Source: Candidatus Pacearchaeota archaeon (GTDB taxonomy: Archaea; Nanobdellota; Nanobdellia; Pacearchaeales; UBA284). From it: a DNA stretch of 64,000 bases. Where the stretch lies: assembly GCA_026016245.1 (NCBI GenBank), contig CP061211.1, positions 567,285 through 631,284 of the forward strand. Direction: 5' to 3'. The translations under genes and the position numbers were made by a program. A model generated the notes under the pieces. That model was not told the origin of the DNA. It saw only the letters and a list, made by a program, of their open reading frames with translations, and searched no databases. Positions 57,557-64,000 of this stretch are shown one piece after another; the first letter of the stretch is position 1; the number at the start of each line of letters is the position of its first letter.

Positions 57557-57988
57557 ATGGCAAAAAAGAGGAAAGCAAAAAGAAAGAAAGTTAAAACTAG
57601 AAGAAAAGTTAGAAGAGTGAAAACTAGGGCAAGGGCAAAAAGAGTGGCAGTAACAAAAGCACCTACAACAGTGCAATCAGCTTACACACTTTGTGTTGCA
57701 GGCGGAATAATTGTATTGATAGCTGGAGTTCTTGCTTTGTTTTTCAGCAGTGTATTTGCATTGACACAGATAGCAGGAACCCTTATTGACCATATAATTA
57801 GTTTGATATGTGGTGCTGTGTTGTTGATTACAGCATCATCAATTAAGAAAAGTCCAAAAAGCGCAGCAATTATAACTTTATTGTTTGGAGTTATTGCATT
57901 GATCTTTCCACCACACGGATTTATTGTTGGTCCAATCTTATCTTTGATAGGATCAGTAATATTGCTAGTAAGAAGAAGATTAGAATAG
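57557..57988 (+). CDS. Membrane protein with an Arg/Lys-rich N-terminus and 3 transmembrane helices
   Basis: MAKKRKAKRKKVKTRRKVRRVKTRARAKR, then helices (IIVLIAGVLALFF..., LICGAVLLITA..., IITLLFGVIALIF...). Start chosen at 57557 to avoid overlapping the upstream gene. Confidence 0.45.
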   Translation: MAKKRKAKRKKVKTRRKVRRVKTRARAKRVAVTKAPTTVQSAYTLCVAGGIIVLIAGVLALFFSSVFALTQIAGTLIDHIISLICGAVLLITASSIKKSPKSAAIITLLFGVIALIFPPHGFIVGPILSLIGSVILLVRRRLE

Positions 57989-57997
57989 AATTAAAAA

Positions 57998-59137
57998 TTA
58001 TTTCAGGAATTTAATTATTTCAGGAATTCTTAGAAGTTTTTCTTTTCCTGTTTTCATATTTCTTAGTTTAATTTTTCCTTTTTTGATCTCTTCTGCTCCT
58101 ATGAAAATTACAAAAGGAATTTTTTGTTTATTTGCATAATCCAGAGCTTTAGAAATTTTATCCATAATAAAACAAGATATATTTCTTTTCCTTAACTGTT
58201 CTGCAATTTTAATTGCTTCTTTCTCTTGTTTGATTGAAATAATAAGACATTTGATATTTTCAACTTTTATTTTTGTTATAGTACTTAATCTTTCTAGACC
58301 AAAAGAAATTCCTGTGCTTTGGATTCCATTGATAATATAAGAACCTCCCCCACCTATGCTTTCCTTAATCTTTTTCACTTTTATTTCAAAGACACTTCCG
58401 TTATAATAAGCCAAGCCGCGAGCAAGACTAGATAAGAATTTAACTTTTACGCCATAATTTTTGCAATATCTCTCTAACTCTTGAATTTCTTTGTATGCCT
58501 TATATTTCTTAAAGAAAGATTCAGGTTTTTTGAATAAAGTAAGGAGATTTTCTGCTTTGTATTTTTTCAGATTTTTCCTTACTTCTTGTTCTGAGAGCTT
58601 GTCTAATTTGTCTATTTCCTTAATAACCTGTTCTTTTTTCTTTATTCCTTCTTTTTCCAAAATTTCATTTATTAATTTTCTATTGTTTATGTAGATTTCA
58701 GTATCTATTTCCAATTCTTTTAGAATTTCTGAGAATAATTTAAGAATTTCAGCTTCATCTTTAGTTGTTGAGCCTATTACATCAACATCACACTGAGTAA
58801 ATTCCCTAAATCTAGCTTTTGATACTGGTTCATCCCTAAAAACTTCCCCGATTTGATATCTTCTATAAGGTAATTTTTTGTTTTTCGCCAGTCTTTTAAG
58901 CTGGAATGTTAATTCATATCTTAAAGCCAGCTTTCTTTTTCCCTTATCTTGAAGCTTGAAAATATCACTTATGATTTCATCTTCTCCTGCTTTTACAAAT
59001 TTTTCATACTCAATAACTGGAGTTTCAGCTGGAAGAAAGCCATAGGATTTGAATTTTTTTATTATGATTTCCTTGATTGCTTGTCTTTTCAGAGCTTCTT
59101 CTTCTGAAAAATCACGAAAGCCTTTTACTGTTTCCAT
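57998..59137 (-). CDS. hisS: Histidyl-tRNA synthetase (compact, 379 aa)
   Basis: GFRDFSEEE, LRYELTFQLKR, YQIGEVFRDEP and FREFTQCDVDVIG are class II motifs 1-2 and the HisRS signatures. A C-terminal anticodon-binding-like segment is present. Confidence 0.75.
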   Translation of the reverse strand: METVKGFRDFSEEEALKRQAIKEIIIKKFKSYGFLPAETPVIEYEKFVKAGEDEIISDIFKLQDKGKRKLALRYELTFQLKRLAKNKKLPYRRYQIGEVFRDEPVSKARFREFTQCDVDVIGSTTKDEAEILKLFSEILKELEIDTEIYINNRKLINEILEKEGIKKKEQVIKEIDKLDKLSEQEVRKNLKKYKAENLLTLFKKPESFFKKYKAYKEIQELERYCKNYGVKVKFLSSLARGLAYYNGSVFEIKVKKIKESIGGGGSYIINGIQSTGISFGLERLSTITKIKVENIKCLIISIKQEKEAIKIAEQLRKRNISCFIMDKISKALDYANKQKIPFVIFIGAEEIKKGKIKLRNMKTGKEKLLRIPEIIKFLK

Positions 59138-59170
59138 TTTATTTTTTACTTACCTCCTTTTTGCTTGGAG

Positions 59171-59243
59171 GGTGGTAGCTGGGAATCGGACCCAGACCAC
59201 TCGGGCCACAGCCGAGCATACAGACCACTATACGACTACCACC
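59171..59243 (-). tRNA. tRNA-His(GUG) with a genome-encoded G-1
   Basis: Reverse complement reads G-GTGGTAG...CTCGG-CTGTGGC-CCGAG...CTGGG-TCCGATT-CCCAG-CTACCAC-C. The 8-bp acceptor stem with G-1:C73 is diagnostic for His. Anticodon GTG. The D-arm pairing is not fully resolved by eye. Confidence 0.7.
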
Positions 59244-59613
59244 ATATTTAATTTTAGTGATTGTGGCATTAAAAATCTTTTGAGAAATACAAGCACAGCT
59301 AGAGAAATTTATTCTAGTGATGAATAAACCTCCAGGAGATTTTCATTGTAAAGATTAAAAAGGGAAAAATATTTATAAACTTTTTGTATTAATGGAAAAG
59401 ATGATTCATAATAATCAAAATCGTGTAATAGGAATGCTAAAAGACATGTATGGTGATTCTTATAAAGATGAATTTTATTTTGAACAAAAACCAAAAAGGA
59501 CAATGGGCTATAATGGAATAATAAAAGATAGGCCACCGAAAAATCTTACAGAAGCTGTCAGAGATTCCAAAGAATTTTATAAAAATAATTTTGGAATAGA
59601 AGAATTTATTTAA

Positions 59614-60414
59614 CTATTCCTCTTTAAACATCCAGCTAAAGAAATTTTTTCCTTTTTCCTCTGGCAGCCTTTTCTTTTCCCCTATTTTCATTGTTTTCTG
59701 TTTTTCTTCTCTCATTCCTATTATTTTTTCAGCCAATCTTTCATATGCTCTGGCTGACTTACTTTCTGGATGTGTATGGATTACTGCATCTCTTAGCATC
59801 AAGCTTTCCCTGACAGCATCATCTTCAGGAATTTTTGCTATCAGTGGCTTTTCTAGCAGTATTTTTATTTCCTTGACTGAAAGCTCTCTTTTATCTTTCC
59901 TTATCCTGTTAAGAATTATTGATATCTTTTTGTTCATTCTTTCTGCAATCTTTATTGTCTTTAATGCATCTGTAATAGCATGAGTCTCTGGGTTTGTTAC
60001 AATAAAGAGCTCGTCAGCAATTTGAAATGGCATCAAAGCCTCACTTCCTAGACCAGCAGCTGAGTCTATGATAATAAAGTCAGAATAATTTTTCATTTCC
60101 TGGATTACTTGATTAAATTTTTCTGGCTCTATATTTTTTAAGTCTTTAAGGGATAGCGAAGCTGGGACTATTTTTGTTCCTGAATGATGCTCGTAAATAG
60201 ATTCATAGATATCTTTTTTTCCTTGGAGTACATGATTTAAAGTTATTGGAATGACTGGGGCTCCAAGATTTATGGCTATGTTTGGAGTTATTAGGTTGCT
60301 ATCAACGAGAATGACCTCCTTGCCTAACTTGTTTAAAGCTGAGGCAAGGTTTATTGCAGTAATTGTTTTCCCAACACCCCCCTTTCCTGAGCTTATTACT
60401 ATGACCTTAGCTAT
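59614..60414 (-). CDS. MinD/ParA-family P-loop ATPase (apparent non-ATG start)
   Basis: In-frame N-terminus (I)AKVIVISSGKGGVGKTITAINLASAL carries the deviant Walker A motif. It continues through MKNYSDFIIIDSAAGLGSEAL (Walker B) to 59614. The only start-like codon in the right place is ATA at 60414-60412, where MinD proteins have M-A-K. Confidence 0.65.
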   Translation of the reverse strand: MAKVIVISSGKGGVGKTITAINLASALNKLGKEVILVDSNLITPNIAINLGAPVIPITLNHVLQGKKDIYESIYEHHSGTKIVPASLSLKDLKNIEPEKFNQVIQEMKNYSDFIIIDSAAGLGSEALMPFQIADELFIVTNPETHAITDALKTIKIAERMNKKISIILNRIRKDKRELSVKEIKILLEKPLIAKIPEDDAVRESLMLRDAVIHTHPESKSARAYERLAEKIIGMREEKQKTMKIGEKKRLPEEKGKNFFSWMFKEE

Positions 60415-60441
60415 TTTTACCTCTTTTTTCTTCTTATTTTC

Positions 60442-60888
60442 TTATTTCTTTTTTGCCCCATATGAGTGGCATAACTTTATAAAATCATTAAGAGTCTCAT
60501 TCCATTCCTTGAGTTTGTCCATATTAATTTCTATTTCCCTGCCAGAATTTATAACTCTGACAGTCACGTTTTTTCTGAACTCATGCTCGCGAATTTTTTC
60601 GAGCATTGGGATACGCCTGAAGAAAGCATACATATCCATCACTCTCACTATGAGGTCATCTTTGTAAGCATCCCTAATAGCGAGTTCTCTAGCTTTTGGA
60701 GCAACAGGAATCTCTCTTATTGCTTTTGATTTTTTTGCCCTTCTCAAAAGCAGCTCCATACATCTATCAACCATCCTTTCCCATCTATTTATCAGATTAA
60801 GAATAACATCTCCTGTTTTAGTGTATTTAAGAGAAACATAAAAAAGATGTTCAGCCATCTTCTTTTCTCGTTCTATTTCATTTAACAT
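60442..60888 (-). CDS. Hypothetical helical protein
   Basis: 148 aa with no recognisable motif. Weakly similar in pattern to the next ORF. Confidence 0.35.
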   Translation of the reverse strand: MLNEIEREKKMAEHLFYVSLKYTKTGDVILNLINRWERMVDRCMELLLRRAKKSKAIREIPVAPKARELAIRDAYKDDLIVRVMDMYAFFRRIPMLEKIREHEFRKNVTVRVINSGREIEINMDKLKEWNETLNDFIKLCHSYGAKKK

Positions 60889-60956
60889 CTTAGAAATATC
60901 TTCTTTCCTCTTTTTACTCGCTTAAGAGGATAATATGTTATTTATATTTATCGTTT

Positions 60957-61424
60957 TTAAATAAGAGGCTTGTTAATTATTGCCTTTATTTTTTTTAAAA
61001 TGACCTTTAACATATTCAGATATTTCTTTAGCTGTTCTAAACCAATAGACTCTGTTCTTAGATTGTTTGACATTATAACCAATCTGTCTTTTCTAGTAAA
61101 CTCAAAACTGCTCTCTTTGTGTTTCTCCATTATTCCAAAAAGCTCTTTCAGAATTTCTATTTCTTCTGTACTGATATTAAAACGGCTGGCGCATCTTTCT
61201 CTAAAAATATCAAATTTCCTTTCCTGATAAGATCTTATCCTCTTGTACATATATTCATACTGTAATGTTGCTTCTATGATATTGTTGGCTATATTGTAAA
61301 GTTGCTCAATAACTTTCTTCAGAAGCAAATTTTCTTTTATGAGGGGATATGTTATGTAGATCATATGGTCGACTGTTCTTAATGAATGCTCAGTCTTATC
61401 AAGAAGTTCATTTATATCAGCCAT
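60957..61424 (-). CDS. Hypothetical helical protein
   Basis: 155 aa with no recognisable motif. Confidence 0.35.
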   Translation of the reverse strand: MADINELLDKTEHSLRTVDHMIYITYPLIKENLLLKKVIEQLYNIANNIIEATLQYEYMYKRIRSYQERKFDIFRERCASRFNISTEEIEILKELFGIMEKHKESSFEFTRKDRLVIMSNNLRTESIGLEQLKKYLNMLKVILKKIKAIINKPLI

Positions 61425-61693
61425 TATTTCTTTCTTCTCCTCGTAAGATATAGAAAGAGGCTATCTATAAATATTTTTTTATTTTAGAATGATAAATTAA
61501 ATCAGAAAAAAAGCCTTAAGGCAATCTCAAAAAATATTACTAGAATGATGAGCAAGATGACGAATTCTGGCTTTATCTGAAACTTGCTCTTGTATTCTTC
61601 AAAATATCTGACCAAACCTCCAGAAGAGGCTGGCACTCTTAATTGTTCTACCATTTTCAAGATTAGTAATTAGTCAAGATATAAAAAACTTTC

Positions 61694-62263
61694 TCAAACA
61701 GTTTTTACCATGACCACGTCTAGATTATTATCATCATAAAGACATTCCTCAAATAAGGGTTTATAACCATGCCACAAAAGAAATTTTGCTAAATCTTTTC
61801 TTTCTTTTCTAAAATCTAAGATAATTAGGTTTAATCCCTTAGCTTTTGTTGCTTTCTCAACCTGTTTTATTAAAAAAGAAGCCACGCCCTCTCTTCTGAA
61901 TCCTTCTTTTACTCTCATATTTTTAAAGTGCAAAGTATTAGGTAATTGAGATTCTTTGGTTGCTTGGTAAATAGCATTTCCAACTAACTCCCAAGAATCT
62001 TTATTATGTTGTCTATAAAAAGCAAGTATTGCTTTTTTCCAGTTATCTTCTATTTCAGGAATGCATATTTTTTCAACCCAATCTTTATAGCCAGGATAAT
62101 TCATTGGATAAGAAAGTAAAAATGTTTTCAGAAGTTTCAATTCTTTTTCATCACCAAGATTTCCAAAATAAAAATCTCCCATTTCCCCTAGCCTAAAAAG
62201 AGGTAGCCAACAATAGGCCACTTTCTGTAGTTCCTCTTTCCCCTTAAGGAAAGAAACGAACAT
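61694..62263 (-). CDS. GNAT-family N-acetyltransferase
   Basis: VKEGFRREGVASFLIKQVEKATKAKGLNLIIL is the acetyl-CoA binding motif A region (R.G.G..L). Confidence 0.6.
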   Translation of the reverse strand: MFVSFLKGKEELQKVAYCWLPLFRLGEMGDFYFGNLGDEKELKLLKTFLLSYPMNYPGYKDWVEKICIPEIEDNWKKAILAFYRQHNKDSWELVGNAIYQATKESQLPNTLHFKNMRVKEGFRREGVASFLIKQVEKATKAKGLNLIILDFRKERKDLAKFLLWHGYKPLFEECLYDDNNLDVVMVKTV

Positions 62264-62768
62264 GCTAACATCTGACTAAGCGTCTCGAAGACTTGCACCA
62301 GCCAAGATAGCCGTGCTCAAAATCTTAAGATTTTGGCACGCCTTGTTTGTCACCAAACTTCGGCGTTTCATCAAATCTCTTGTTTCATAGTTTAGCGCAA
62401 GCATCATAACGCACGAAAATCAAAGATTTTCGGCGCGCCAAAAATCATAAGATTTTTTAGCGCTCCACAAGAGCTGTGTCGTTTCTGTGCCAGAGCTATG
62501 CCTTTCAGCATGTCTCTCGCGAGACTGACTACTTCCTCATTAGAAAACCAAGGTTTTCCAATACCTTTCCTTTTCTAGTGAGGGGTGTGTGGACCTTCCT
62601 CTATCCCTCGAAAGAGACGGAAAGTTAGCTAATTAGCTACCTCAATAATATGAAGCAAGAAGAATTTAAAAAGGTTTTTATGACTTACTTCTGTCTTCTT
62701 AAACAAAAAATTTATAAAGGTTTTTTTATTACTCCTTATGAATAAAAAGAGGTAAGATGAAAAGAGCT
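62264..62768. ncRNA. GC-enriched non-coding island with three AAAATC/GATTTT hairpins. Candidate structured RNA or regulatory element; strand unknown
   Basis: No ORF longer than 60 aa in any frame. Local GC is clearly above the flanking sequence. Hairpins at 62313-62339 (GTGCTCAAAATCTT/AAGATTTTGGCAC), 62414-62432 (CGAAAATC-AAA-GATTTTCG) and 62435-62463 (GCGCCAAAAATC-ATAA-GATTTTTTAGCGC), plus GTCTC-TCGC-GAGAC at 62512-62525. Confidence 0.35.
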
Positions 62769-64000
62769 ATCTTAGTATTTGTTATAATTTTTCTTGCTTT
62801 TATTAGTCTGAATCTTGTTAGTGCAGCAACAAATGTTAGTCAATGCATGAATCTAACAAATGAGTCAGAAATTTATACTTTAAATCAACCTATTAATATA
62901 ACTGGGGGTGATTGCCTTGTAATTAAAAATAATTCAATAGTGTTAGACTGTCAGGGACATAATATAACTGTTAATGGGGCAGACGACAAGGATTGGCGTG
63001 CTGTTGATAATGAGCAGGGTTATGATAATATAACTGTTAAGAACTGTACATTTTCACAAAACTTCACAGGACCAACAGAAGAAGGAGAAGGACAATATGC
63101 AATTGGTTTTATAAATTCTATAAACTCAACGATTTTTAATAATACATTTGAAGTTTCTGGGATTTTCTTTGGGAATTCAAGTAATGCTAATATAACTTCA
63201 AATACTCTAAATTATTCAGGTGGTTCAGCTCCAATTTCTTTGTTCTCTGGTTCAAATTCAAGTGTTGTGGAGAATAATAATATTACAACTACTGGCTTAG
63301 GAATTTTGGTCGAAGCTTCATCAAGTATTAACATTAGTTCGAATACTATTACTTCTTCTGGTGAAAATCAGAGTGTAATTGGTATTGGTTCTTCATCAAA
63401 CATTAGTGTTGATTTAAATACTATAATAATTTCTGGTACTAATGCAACAGGGATTGTATTAGTTATGGCTACGACTGATACAAATATAACTACAAATAAT
63501 ATTACATCTTCTGGTATTGGAGCAGCTGGAATTGGTGTAGTCGATAACTCAGATTCAAATCTTTTATATAATAATACAATTACAACTTCTAATGATACTG
63601 CATTTGGGATTATGTTGGACGGAGTAAGTAGCACTAATATTATAAATAATACTATAACTACCAGTCATACTTCTTCAGATGGAATACATAGCGAGGATTC
63701 TAATTCAACTATCATATTTAATAATACAGTAAAAACCGAAGGTAATGAGTCAGACGGAGTTTTTATTTTCAATGGTTTATCTAATAGTATAACTAATAAT
63801 ACATTTAATACAACAGGATATGCTTTCGGTGTAGGGGGTCCAACCTGTGATTATTATAACCATACTGTAACAGATAATACAGAGCAAGGAGAAAAGATTT
63901 TATATTATTTTGATAATGATTCAATAACAATAGAAGATCAAACCTTTGGGGAATTAATCGTAACTTGTTCTAATAATATAACAATAGACAACGTATCAGT
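62769..64000 (+). CDS. Secreted parallel beta-helix repeat protein (partial, continues past the window end)
   Basis: Signal peptide ILVFVIIFLAFISLNLVSA. The module CMNLTNESEIYTLNQPINITGGDCLVIKNNSIVLDCQGHNITV is homologous to the two modules in the 2189-aa protein. NNNITTTG/NTITSSG beta-helix rungs. Confidence 0.65.
   Translation, partial: MLVFVIIFLAFISLNLVSAATNVSQCMNLTNESEIYTLNQPINITGGDCLVIKNNSIVLDCQGHNITVNGADDKDWRAVDNEQGYDNITVKNCTFSQNFTGPTEEGEGQYAIGFINSINSTIFNNTFEVSGIFFGNSSNANITSNTLNYSGGSAPISLFSGSNSSVVENNNITTTGLGILVEASSSINISSNTITSSGENQSVIGIGSSSNISVDLNTIIISGTNATGIVLVMATTDTNITTNNITSSGIGAAGIGVVDNSDSNLLYNNTITTSNDTAFGIMLDGVSSTNIINNTITTSHTSSDGIHSEDSNSTIIFNNTVKTEGNESDGVFIFNGLSNSITNNTFNTTGYAFGVGGPTCDYYNHTVTDNTEQGEKILYYFDNDSITIEDQTFGELIVTCSNNITIDNVS

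Noticed and set aside
60251-60667. 138-aa plus-strand ORF
   Set aside because: Antisense to the MinD P-loop region, whose minus-strand frame encodes a textbook Walker A motif. The plus-strand ORF is spurious.
62313-62463. Possible CRISPR-like array from the repeated AAAATC...GATTTT hairpins
   Set aside because: Only three copies, unequal lengths, irregular spacing (about 100 nt, then 3 nt) and non-identical repeats. Not a CRISPR array. Kept as a candidate structured RNA instead.
1-64000. Possibility that the contig is bacterial (CPR), given SLT, M23, bacterial-type RecJ, T9SS-like CTD and MacB-type ABC transporter
   Set aside because: TFB, L44e, S27e, S3Ae, S8e, aIF2-alpha, aEF-1beta, GINS, Sm protein, EndA, intron-containing tRNAs and an A24 PibD-like peptidase are decisively archaeal. 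The bacterial-type genes are better read as acquired or host-directed functions.

Overview
AT-rich, densely coding window that looks archaeal, most likely a small-genome DPANN-type archaeon (Woese/Pacearchaeota-like). It encodes TFB, ribosomal proteins L44e, S3Ae, S8e, S27e, S15 and S10, aIF2-alpha, aEF-1beta, GINS, an Sm protein, tRNA-splicing endonuclease, RNase Z, SRP54 and FtsY, HisRS, and five tRNAs. Two of the tRNAs carry introns, one at a non-canonical D-loop position. No rRNA, CRISPR array or obvious IS element was found. Three features stand out on top of the housekeeping genes. (1) A radical-SAM/SPASM, methyltransferase and HExxH-protein cluster sits beside a 71-aa peptide with a CSCQCACDCVCICDCD core, a candidate RiPP locus (54.5-58.0 kb). 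(2) Seven or more tandem small proteins (1-4.2 kb) have archaeal class-III (type-IV-pilin-like) signal peptides; one is fused to a lytic-transglycosylase (SLT) domain. The same window also holds a FlaJ/TadC-like membrane protein and, 38 kb away, a prepilin peptidase. (3) Two giant secreted proteins: a 2562-aa protein with an M23 peptidoglycan-endopeptidase domain plus a C-terminal NlpC/P60-like module, and a 2189-aa parallel beta-helix, Cys-knot-rich surface protein. A protein with a Bacteroidetes-style T9SS C-terminal sorting domain is also present. Together these suggest a cell-surface apparatus aimed at a bacterial cell wall (episymbiont or predatory lifestyle). All calls rest on reading the motifs in the translations; no database search was possible.
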